Source: Candidatus Latescibacterota bacterium
Lineage (GTDB): Bacteria; Latescibacterota; UBA2968; UBA8231
DNA: 64,000 nucleotides
Direction of reading: 5' to 3'
Assembly (NCBI GenBank): GCA_965197905.1
Contig: CBDAOB010000005.1
Span: 2,400,001-2,464,000 of the forward strand
A program made the position numbers and the translations under genes. Of the stretch, positions 50,752 through 59,049 are shown in pieces. Below the pieces are notes generated by a model. It worked only from the letters and a program-made list of their open reading frames with translations. It was not told the origin of the DNA and did no database searches. Each line of letters starts with the position of its first letter. The first letter of the stretch is position 1.

Positions 50752-52893
50752 TCAGATCGGCTCCCCCGCCGTCTCCATGGTGCGCAATCGTTCGGCAAGG
50801 GTCGTATTGCGGGCGGCGACCGCGTCGTTCGAAATGGTGAGATTGAGGGCTTTTCTGGTTCCGACAATAACAATGATCTCTTTGGCCCGAGTAACCGCGG
50901 TATAGAGCAGGTTGCGTTGCAACATGACGAAATGCTGCGTGCTGAGCGGTAGCACGACCGCTTTGAATTCGGAGCCCTGGGCGCGGTGTATGCTAATGGC
51001 GTACGCCAGGCGCAGCTGATGGAGGTCGGTCAGGTCATACCGCACCAGCTGGTCGAACCGCACCTCTACCTCCTGTTCCTCGATGTCGATCCTTTGTAGA
51101 ATGCCGGAGTCGCCGTTGAAAACTCCCTTGTCGTAATCGTTTCGAACCTGCATCACTTTGTCCCCTTGGCGCAGTTCGTACCCGCCTTGTCCGACACCTT
51201 CTCCCGTCGGATTCAACCGCTGTTGCAGCCGCAAATTGAGATTGTCGGCCCCGGTTTCACCGCGATACATCGGTGTAAGCACCTGGATATCCCGCATGGG
51301 ATCGTACCCCTTGTGGGCGGGCAGTCGGCGGGCACATAGGTCCTCGATGGCATCGGCGACCTGTTCCGGCTTGTCCTCCTGGACGAAGAAGAAATCCGAA
51401 TCCTCAATGTTGTTCAGATCTGGGGATTCCCCGCTGTTGATGAGGTGAGCGTTCACCACAATCCTGCTTTCGCTGGCCTGCCGGAAGATCTCTTGCAGTC
51501 TAACCACCGGAACGGTCGTTGATTCGATGATGTCCCTCAGCACGTTGCCAGGTCCCACTGAAGGGAGCTGATCCACGTCCCCGATGAGCACCAGCCGGGC
51601 AGAATTGGCCACCGCCCGTAATAGGGCGTTCATGAGCATCAGATCTATCATCGAGGTTTCGTCGACGATAATCGCGTCGGCTTCCAGCTTGTCGTTGATC
51701 CCTTTCTTGAATCCGCGCTCGGAGGCCGAGAATTCCAGCAACCGGTGAATCGTCTTTGCCTGCTTCCCGGTAGCCGCAGACAGCCGCTTAGCGGCGCGGC
51801 CGGTGGGAGAGCACAGGGCGACCCGGAGTCGCCCCCGCTCGAACAACCCGAGCAACTCCCTGGTCAAGGTCGTTTTGCCGGTGCCTGGGCCTCCGGTGAG
51901 CACGAGCACCTTCTCCCGGGCCGCGAGGTCGATTGCCGACTGCTGTCCTTTCGACAACTGTAATCCGTCGGTTGTGGATGAGTGTGGAGCCAGCGGGATC
52001 TTCGTCGCCCGGGCGTGGCATAACCGGTGTATTGCCTGTGTCACGCCCGCTTCAGCCCTATAGAGGGGCGGCAGGTAGTACCGTTCTTGCTCGCGATCTA
52101 CACCTTCCTCAGCTTCGAGGCCCTCGAGTTCCGGGGGAATCAACTCCTTGTCGACTTCCAAAATCTCCGCGCACTTTTGGATCAGCTCTTTCTGTGGCAG
52201 AAATACGTGACCTTGCTCTGCCGCCTGTTCCAGCAGATAGCGGATTCCCGCCCTGATTCTCTGGGGCGCATTCTTGGCGATTCCGGTTTTCTGGGCAATG
52301 CCATCGGCAATCTGAAAACCAATCCCGGCGATGTCTCGCTCGAGCCGGTAGGGATTTTCCTGGACCATGGCGATCGTGCTCGACCCGTATTTCTTAAAAA
52401 TCCGCGTCGCGTAACCGGTCGTCACGCCGTTCGATTGCAAGAAAACCATGACGTCCTTCATGTGGCGCTGCTCCTCCCAGGCCGCTGTTATCTTTTCTAC
52501 CCGTTTTTTGCCTAAATTTGGAACGTCCAGCAGCTTTTTGGGCTGCGTGTCAATTATTTCCAGGGTTTCTTCCCCAAACTGCTCGACGATGCGGTCGGCA
52601 AAAACCGGACCGATACCACGAATCAACCCCGACCCCAGATATTTGCGAATCCCCTCGAGGGTTGAAGGTATTACCTGGGTATAGGAATTTATCTTCAATT
52701 GGCGGCCGTACCGCTTGTGAGTGACCCACTCTCCCTCGACCGAGATTCCGTCCCCTTGCCGAGGATCCAGTATGGTGCCAACCACTGTGACCCTTTCTTG
52801 TTGCCCCTCGGGAAGAAGCCGCGCAATGGTGTATCCGTTCTCCGGATTATGAAAGGTTATGACCTCTATTTGGCCCTTGAGTTCCTCACTCAT
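50752..52893 (-). CDS. recD2: ATP-dependent RecD-like DNA helicase RecD2
   Basis: N-terminal OB/HhH region, TGGPGTGKTT, PTGRAAKRL, DETSM, GDVDQLPSVG, HRAQGSEF, LYTAVTRA. Confidence 0.95.
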   Translation of the reverse strand: MSEELKGQIEVITFHNPENGYTIARLLPEGQQERVTVVGTILDPRQGDGISVEGEWVTHKRYGRQLKINSYTQVIPSTLEGIRKYLGSGLIRGIGPVFADRIVEQFGEETLEIIDTQPKKLLDVPNLGKKRVEKITAAWEEQRHMKDVMVFLQSNGVTTGYATRIFKKYGSSTIAMVQENPYRLERDIAGIGFQIADGIAQKTGIAKNAPQRIRAGIRYLLEQAAEQGHVFLPQKELIQKCAEILEVDKELIPPELEGLEAEEGVDREQERYYLPPLYRAEAGVTQAIHRLCHARATKIPLAPHSSTTDGLQLSKGQQSAIDLAAREKVLVLTGGPGTGKTTLTRELLGLFERGRLRVALCSPTGRAAKRLSAATGKQAKTIHRLLEFSASERGFKKGINDKLEADAIIVDETSMIDLMLMNALLRAVANSARLVLIGDVDQLPSVGPGNVLRDIIESTTVPVVRLQEIFRQASESRIVVNAHLINSGESPDLNNIEDSDFFFVQEDKPEQVADAIEDLCARRLPAHKGYDPMRDIQVLTPMYRGETGADNLNLRLQQRLNPTGEGVGQGGYELRQGDKVMQVRNDYDKGVFNGDSGILQRIDIEEQEVEVRFDQLVRYDLTDLHQLRLAYAISIHRAQGSEFKAVVLPLSTQHFVMLQRNLLYTAVTRAKEIIVIVGTRKALNLTISNDAVAARNTTLAERLRTMETAGEPI

Positions 52894-53591
52894 ATCATTG
52901 TAAATAAAAAAGTTAGGAAACTATCTCCGGCATTGACGTGACGCAGTACGATCAGGGTTGCGTAGCTTGAACAGCTGCCTACCAGAGCGCCTGATGCCAA
53001 TTGCCCCAGGGAATGGGACTGCAGCGCCCACCTGGACCATCCCACGACGGGCAACGCCAGCGCCAGAGGCCAGAGACCGATGCCGCCCCCCGACATGAGG
53101 ATTGCAATGCCGGCGCTGACGCCCACCGCGTGGATGCTGATTTTCCACCGTCGATTGATCTGCCACACCAACAAAGCGTTGCCGCAGAAAACCGCTCCGG
53201 CTCCCAGCATGATGCCAGGCGCGCCGAAAAACGCCAACACCGGTATTCCCAGCAGATAGCAGCCGGCTCCCAGGAGCAATAGTGGCGAGCGCTGACTCCG
53301 ATCGACTGGATACAGCTCGGAGATATATCCTACGCCCCGCAGAGCGATGAGCACGACACCTGGTATAATACAATAGAATAAGACCCCGATCGCCGCCGCA
53401 CCCCATATCCCGCCCCTGAACCAGCCCAGCCCCATAAACACCACCAGGGCTACCATGGCGGGATTCAGCAGGTGCGACAGGAAGATAGCTGCGTGCCGGA
53501 CTCTCCGCCTAAGCAGAATATTCGTTTCTCCCTGCCCCAGCTCTGAATTCGGGTTCACCTGTTTCGAGCGGGGTTCTTCTTGCGTTTCCAT
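52890..53591 (-). CDS. PAP2-like integral membrane protein
   Basis: Multiple TMs, WKISIHA and WSR..HSLGQ motifs. Confidence 0.65.
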   Translation of the reverse strand: METQEEPRSKQVNPNSELGQGETNILLRRRVRHAAIFLSHLLNPAMVALVVFMGLGWFRGGIWGAAAIGVLFYCIIPGVVLIALRGVGYISELYPVDRSQRSPLLLLGAGCYLLGIPVLAFFGAPGIMLGAGAVFCGNALLVWQINRRWKISIHAVGVSAGIAILMSGGGIGLWPLALALPVVGWSRWALQSHSLGQLASGALVGSCSSYATLIVLRHVNAGDSFLTFLFTMI

Positions 53592-53607
53592 CTGGCGCAG
53601 AAATTTC

Positions 53608-53635
53608 TAAAGGAAAAGTCAGCCTGTACCGATAT
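53608..53635 (+). promoter_or_regulatory. sigma28 (FliA/SigD)-type promoter for flagellin
   Basis: TAAA-N16-ACCGATAT, close to consensus TAAA-N15/16-GCCGATAW, upstream of flagellin. Confidence 0.65.
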
Positions 53636-53851
53636 TAGGCATAGATATACTAAGTGGTATTGAGTTATTTTTAGATCGTGAATTTTGTATCTTTTAGTAT
53701 CGTGCATACCAAATAAGGCTTAATTTGTTGAAAATTAAACAGATACGTCCGAAGGAGGTGTCTTCGAAGAGCATTTCGTTGATTCAAGGTTTCTTGTAAC
53801 ACAGTAGACACAACCAAAGGGCATTTCTCGCCGGGTTCGCACACCTGGCCT

Positions 53852-53900
53852 GATCAAGGAAGAATCTAAACACTAATTAGAAACAAGGAGGTTTCTAATG
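53852..53900 (+). promoter_or_regulatory. CsrA-type GGA sites and SD hairpin in the flagellin leader
   Basis: ATTAGAAAC-AAGGAG-GTTTCTAAT (53876-53899), a 9-bp stem with the SD in a hexaloop; a second AAGGA at 53856. Confidence 0.65.
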
Positions 53901-55094
53901 CCATTAAGGGTAAATAATAACGTTGCGGCCATGAACGCTCGCCGCAGGCTCAACAACAACAACCGGGACCTGAATCTCCGCCTGGAGCGTCTGTCCTCGG
54001 GGTTGCGTGTGAACCGGGCAGCTGATGACGCAGCGGGTCTTTCGGTGCGGGAAGGCATGAGGGCCGAAATTAGCGGCCTGAAGATGAACGTCTTGAACGC
54101 CGAGCAAGGCAGCAACCTGCTCCAGGTTGCCGAGGGTTCGTTAAACGAGATCAGCGCCATGTTGATCCGCATGCGCGAGCTCGCAGTGCAATCCTCTTCT
54201 AGTACCATAAACGATCTCAACAGGGACTCGATCCAGGCTGAATATACCCAGTTGACGCAGGAAATCGACCGCATTTCACTGTCGACCACCTACAACGACC
54301 AGGTTTTGCTGACCGGTTTCGGGAATCAGGTCGATGACGCCCTGTCCAGTACCATAACCGCAAGCAACACCAGCGGGGTCCTCGATATCAAGGTTTCGGG
54401 TGCCAGCTCAGGCACCTACACCTTCCTCGATGACGGCGCTGGAAATGCGACCGGCAACGGTACGACAACAGACGACAGCGAGATTACGTTGGGTAACGGC
54501 ATCGTTAGTCAGACTATCCGTGTGGGCCAGCTTTTGGATAGCAACGCGGTTGCCACCGGAACTACCGTGGTAGCCAACTTCGATCGCCTCGGCATTCAGG
54601 TCACTCTCGCCGGACCCAACGTGCAGAATGCGACCGGCAGCTACCAGGACGGCAGCTTGAACGATCAAACGATCGTTGTCGGCGAAGGTACGGGCGGCTC
54701 CTTCCAGGTCGGACCTGACGACGGCATCAACAACCGGATCGAGGTCACCATCAATGATATGCGTGCGACGGGCAACATCCTGAACCTCACCCCGACCTCC
54801 GTGGCCACCCTAGATTCGGCGCGATCCGCCATAACCCAGATCGACCAGGCCGTTAACAAGGTCTCCAATCAGCGCGGCGACTTAGGTGCCTGGATGAATC
54901 GTTTGGCCTTTACCATTTCGTTCACCGAGAACGAGATCGAGAACATTCAAAACTCGGAGGCTGCTATCAGCGACGCTGACATCGCAGCCGAAGTAACCGC
55001 CTTCACGAGAGCTCAGATTCTCTCGCAGGCTGCGACTTCAATGCTGGCGCAGGCAAATATCATTCCACAAACGGCACTGTCCCTGCTCCAGTAA
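53898..55094 (+). CDS. fliC: Flagellin
   Basis: RVNNNVAAMNA..ERLSSGLRVNRAADDAAGL; C-terminal RGDLGAWMNRL..ISDADIAAE..QILSQAATSMLAQAN. Confidence 0.97.
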   Translation: MPLRVNNNVAAMNARRRLNNNNRDLNLRLERLSSGLRVNRAADDAAGLSVREGMRAEISGLKMNVLNAEQGSNLLQVAEGSLNEISAMLIRMRELAVQSSSSTINDLNRDSIQAEYTQLTQEIDRISLSTTYNDQVLLTGFGNQVDDALSSTITASNTSGVLDIKVSGASSGTYTFLDDGAGNATGNGTTTDDSEITLGNGIVSQTIRVGQLLDSNAVATGTTVVANFDRLGIQVTLAGPNVQNATGSYQDGSLNDQTIVVGEGTGGSFQVGPDDGINNRIEVTINDMRATGNILNLTPTSVATLDSARSAITQIDQAVNKVSNQRGDLGAWMNRLAFTISFTENEIENIQNSEAAISDADIAAEVTAFTRAQILSQAATSMLAQANIIPQTALSLLQ

Positions 55095-55119
55095 TAAACA
55101 GTACTACACCTACACTACG

Positions 55120-55154
55120 GCCAGGTGCGAAACTCTCGCACCTGGCTGTTTTTT
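55120..55154 (+). terminator. Rho-independent terminator of flagellin
   Basis: GCCAGGTGCGA-aactc-TCGCACCTGGC followed by TGTTTTTT. Confidence 0.85.
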
Positions 55155-55208
55155 ATTATTGAGTCCCCCCACCGAAACCGAAGACGATGCCATTCCGGGG
55201 CGCCTCTC

Positions 55209-55634
55209 CTATCCCCACTTCTTACCGCTGGCGGCTCCCCGCTCGGTCTTGCCCTTGTCACCCTCTATGAGGAAACCCACAAACCTCTTCTGACCCAGCG
55301 TCTTGAGATAAGAAAGCAACGACACCTCCGCTTCCTTCCGATTGAGTTGATACTTCTTGCCCAGTCGTTCGATCATTTGAGCAACCGAGGTCTTTCCATT
55401 GCACATCTGCCAAACCTCGGTTCCAACTTCATCCAGCGTTATCTTGCGCTCCTGGGGTATGTAGAAAATCTTCGAGAGCAGGCGAACGCGCAGATTCTCC
55501 TGGCGTTCCACCATGATCACTACTTCCCCATCATCGTTTTCGTCCCAGGCAAGAGCTTCATTGCGCGCCGGTCGCGAGTTCAGCATTGCCTCGCGGCTCA
55601 GCTTCGGACTCTTCCGAGTGGCAAAGATACCCAT
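55209..55634 (-). CDS. PqqD-family (RiPP-recognition-element fold) protein
   Basis: KITLDEVGTEVWQMCNGKTSVAQMIERL..YLKTLGQKRFV, typical of the PqqD winged helix. Confidence 0.8.
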   Translation of the reverse strand: MGIFATRKSPKLSREAMLNSRPARNEALAWDENDDGEVVIMVERQENLRVRLLSKIFYIPQERKITLDEVGTEVWQMCNGKTSVAQMIERLGKKYQLNRKEAEVSLLSYLKTLGQKRFVGFLIEGDKGKTERGAASGKKWG

Positions 55635-56568
55635 CCACCAATTGCTCCGTGATATCGCCGGAGGATTCCTTCTTCCGGTATAGGTAGTCTACAATACAGA
55701 TCTTGTTGGTTTCGGCGCAAATCCAGACGCGACCGTCCATGTACTGTCGAGGTCTGGGGCTGAGGAACGGCAGCGGACGCAGGAGCTGGCGCCAACGGCT
55801 TCTCGGCCTGCCGGTCACGTGTAATCCAGGGTGCCCCTTAACCGGTGTTTCCGAAATCTCGATTTTCAGATCGCGAAGATCCTTGCGAAAGAATTCCGGA
55901 TACCAATCCGTTAGCGACCGATCTTTGAGCAGCATGCTGGCCATGCTCAATCGCTGTATCCGGCACCCGAGCTTGCCTTTCTGAAACGAGAACTGGATGT
56001 GACCCGACTTCAACTCCTGTTTCTGCAGATCGAAGCCGAGCGGCGTGTGGAAATTGAAATCGAACACGGACCAATACTGGCGTTCGTCGTCGGAATGATC
56101 GCGCAGCGACCGAAATAGCTGCTGCACCTGCGACTCCATATGCTCATCGGGCCTGCACAAGATCCGCAACAAGACGATTCGCCCGCATTGGATGCAGCTC
56201 CGCGCCAGGTTGTATGCGCGGAAATCGGCATCCCAGGTAAAGACTTCATAGTCGTGGTGATCGAGCCAGGTCTTGTCTTTCAGGAACTTTGCGCGGCGTT
56301 GAACGGTCAGCGAGGTCCCCGTCTTGCGGGCTTTCTTTTCGAGCCCCTCGACGTAGCGGTCGACAATCTGTGATATGGGAGAAGGCCGTCTGGAGTTGCT
56401 TTTGGTATCGCGCCACTCCAGTTCGGCGCGGACGATCTCGGCGTCATCCAACCTTGCGTAGCCGCTCTTATGGTCGCCGGTGACGCGCCCGAGATTCCAG
56501 TCGCTGGGGACACTGAGGTACAGACCCTGCCAGGCGAAATCCGACCACTGGTTCTGCGTCGAAGCCAT
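55558..56568 (-). CDS. Hypothetical soluble protein with apparent internal duplication
   Basis: 336-aa ORF in the operon with no signal peptide; repeated W..F/L..P..(W/F).L..KSG segments. Confidence 0.75.
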   Translation of the reverse strand: MASTQNQWSDFAWQGLYLSVPSDWNLGRVTGDHKSGYARLDDAEIVRAELEWRDTKSNSRRPSPISQIVDRYVEGLEKKARKTGTSLTVQRRAKFLKDKTWLDHHDYEVFTWDADFRAYNLARSCIQCGRIVLLRILCRPDEHMESQVQQLFRSLRDHSDDERQYWSVFDFNFHTPLGFDLQKQELKSGHIQFSFQKGKLGCRIQRLSMASMLLKDRSLTDWYPEFFRKDLRDLKIEISETPVKGHPGLHVTGRPRSRWRQLLRPLPFLSPRPRQYMDGRVWICAETNKICIVDYLYRKKESSGDITEQLVDGYLCHSEESEAEPRGNAELATGAQ

Positions 56569-56572
56569 GCGG

Positions 56573-58993
56573 TCAGAACAGCAGGACAGATACCGACTTC
56601 TGAATCAGTGCGATCGCAATCGAGGCCATGCCCATCAGCGCCATTCCACAGGCGAAACCGACCGCAAGCACTGGTGCATACTGGCGCCACTGCTGCTTGC
56701 CGAATCGATTCCAGAAGTAATAGCGCGCCAGCATGGCGCCGACAAACTCGGTGATCAACAGGTGCGGCATCGCGGTCAGCGAGCGAATCGCGCCGAATAT
56801 GATCAGAATCGGAAGGCCGGCCAGTGAGAGAAACACATAGGCTCCCAGACCGAATGCAGCTCCGACTGCAATGATATTCGGCTTGAGCGCGCGGAACAAC
56901 CAGGCTTCATCCGTCGATCGCTGTATCCAGGAGCTGGCAAACAGGGGGTCGGTGTCGGCCGCGAAGTAATAGGACCAGCCCGCGGGTAGCCCATCGGCCA
57001 CATCGGCGCCGAGACGAGGTCTTGCCTCCCTCATTGTGCCACCATCCGGTGGACCCAGCGCTGTCAGCTTGGGAAGATCCTGCACGAGCACGACGGTGCC
57101 CGGCTCCTCGTCTTCCGCGGTCACTTCGATGGGCTCGGGCACCTCCCGCGCCTCGCCGGAATCGTAGTGTGTGTAGAACGTCTCCGTCTTCGACCAGGGG
57201 CCGACCTTGCCCCTCTTGCCCTCCGAGTCCAGCCATTCCTGATCGACCAGGCGGACCCGCCAGTACCACCACTCATGCTCGATCAGATTGGACGGCGTCC
57301 ACGACGCGCTGGCGCGATTGTCGGCCACCTCCATCTCGCTGGTCATGGTTCCGGTAATAAACAGACATTGCTGGTACGCCCTTAAGCGCCAGACGAATTG
57401 GGCGTAGGGATACGAGGACGAGGGTATCGGAGCCAGCTTCCAGATATACGAGCCGTAGAGGAACGTGGAGGTGAGAATGATCGGCACCATGAATACTTCG
57501 GCGCGAATGATACTGGTGAACGTCGTACCGGTGAGTTCTATCTCGCGAAACTTCTGGGTCTGCGTGCCGTAGTTACCGAGGGGAAAGGGCACGAACCAGA
57601 TCTCGACCCCTTTGTACCCCGACAGGATCAAGGTCACTTCCTTCAAGAATGGAATATCCACCGCATGCCCCACGAGGCCAACGAGACGGGCGTTAACGAA
57701 GGATTGGAACGGCGTAAAGATGAATCCGAAAAACAGAAAGAACCACAGAAAATTGCCGAATCCGGGGAGGAATTGAGAGGCAATAATCACCAGAAGTGTA
57801 ACGCTGAGGGCGTAAAGGCCCAGCGCCACCCAGATTGGAAAATCACCCCGGCCCTTGGGAGCCGCAAAGCTACGTGGTCCACCACTCTCCAGGCTCCCGG
57901 CGCGGGCGGTACGCACGCTCTGGGCAACCTGGTAGATACCGATGAGGGCGATGGCAATGGTGGTCCCTATCCCGAAGCTCAGCCAGAAATCGACCAGATT
58001 CAGGAAGAAGGTGTCGATGGAGCCCATTCCCGGACGCCAGAGAGTCAGGAACCCTGCGTCGTGCAACAGTGGATTTGCGATGGCTGCCCCCACGATACCC
58101 AGGAAGGTCCCGACGACACCCCAAAAGGGCATCACCATTCCGGTAAATATGGGGCCTAAGTGCGCTGTGAAACCCAACGGCGTGGCGGGAATGAAGTTGC
58201 CGGTCACCTGCGTAAAATCGACCCACGGAATCGGGATGAGCTCGATCGGTTGTGTTAACAAAGCCCCCGAAATTGCCGGAATAGCTACGTACACGGCGCC
58301 GAACACAAGACCGATCATGGCTCCGGTGGAGAACACCCTCCAGCGCCAGGTATCTTCACCGGTAGTACTTTCGGCCAGAGCGATGGCGCCCTGGGCGGCT
58401 ACGGGGGCATACGGAAATGGAAGGCGCTCGTAGTCAGAATTGATCCGGAACAAAGTGTAGGCAACGGTGAACCAAGAGATGCGAGCAATCAGCACACCTG
58501 CAACCAGAATCACGATGGGCATGATCCAATCGCTGTGCAGAAAGGTCCTGGCGATGATGGCGGGTGAATCCGGGGGCGGGGCTACCCATGGAGGGATGAG
58601 TCTGGTTATACCGAACTGCTTTGCCGCCGGCGACTGCACCAGGTACTGGTTGTACATCAAACCGTCGAAGGTGCCGCTCTCGGCGGCAATCAACGCCGCT
58701 GCGACGTAATAGAGGAGATAGGTCTCCTGTCGCTTTAACGTCGTAAACGACCGCTTGATGACCTCGGCGAAGAGGATGATCGTCACCCACTCGGCCGCGG
58801 CTCCCAGCGAACCACCAATCATGAGGCTCAGGTACATGTTGCCCGGAACCATCACGAAGGAGACGAACAGGACCCCCAGAATGGCTTTGGTGGTGAAGCC
58901 ATTCTCGAACTCCGCGGGCGCCTCCATCAGGGCCCGATATTCTTCTAGCTCCGCGTTCGGATCTGGCTTCGAACCGCGGTTGCGTCCCAGCAT
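56573..58993 (-). CDS. OPT-superfamily-like membrane transporter with inserted soluble domain
   Basis: Many TMs, ERLPFPYAPV motif, PIPSSSYPY; about 145-aa polar insert. Confidence 0.7.
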   Translation of the reverse strand: MLGRNRGSKPDPNAELEEYRALMEAPAEFENGFTTKAILGVLFVSFVMVPGNMYLSLMIGGSLGAAAEWVTIILFAEVIKRSFTTLKRQETYLLYYVAAALIAAESGTFDGLMYNQYLVQSPAAKQFGITRLIPPWVAPPPDSPAIIARTFLHSDWIMPIVILVAGVLIARISWFTVAYTLFRINSDYERLPFPYAPVAAQGAIALAESTTGEDTWRWRVFSTGAMIGLVFGAVYVAIPAISGALLTQPIELIPIPWVDFTQVTGNFIPATPLGFTAHLGPIFTGMVMPFWGVVGTFLGIVGAAIANPLLHDAGFLTLWRPGMGSIDTFFLNLVDFWLSFGIGTTIAIALIGIYQVAQSVRTARAGSLESGGPRSFAAPKGRGDFPIWVALGLYALSVTLLVIIASQFLPGFGNFLWFFLFFGFIFTPFQSFVNARLVGLVGHAVDIPFLKEVTLILSGYKGVEIWFVPFPLGNYGTQTQKFREIELTGTTFTSIIRAEVFMVPIILTSTFLYGSYIWKLAPIPSSSYPYAQFVWRLRAYQQCLFITGTMTSEMEVADNRASASWTPSNLIEHEWWYWRVRLVDQEWLDSEGKRGKVGPWSKTETFYTHYDSGEAREVPEPIEVTAEDEEPGTVVLVQDLPKLTALGPPDGGTMREARPRLGADVADGLPAGWSYYFAADTDPLFASSWIQRSTDEAWLFRALKPNIIAVGAAFGLGAYVFLSLAGLPILIIFGAIRSLTAMPHLLITEFVGAMLARYYFWNRFGKQQWRQYAPVLAVGFACGMALMGMASIAIALIQKSVSVLLF

Positions 58994-59049
58994 CTGCTAG
59001 GCTCCCTGGTCGTTCACACCAGCGGTGTGAGCACCGTTGCAGTTGAGCA

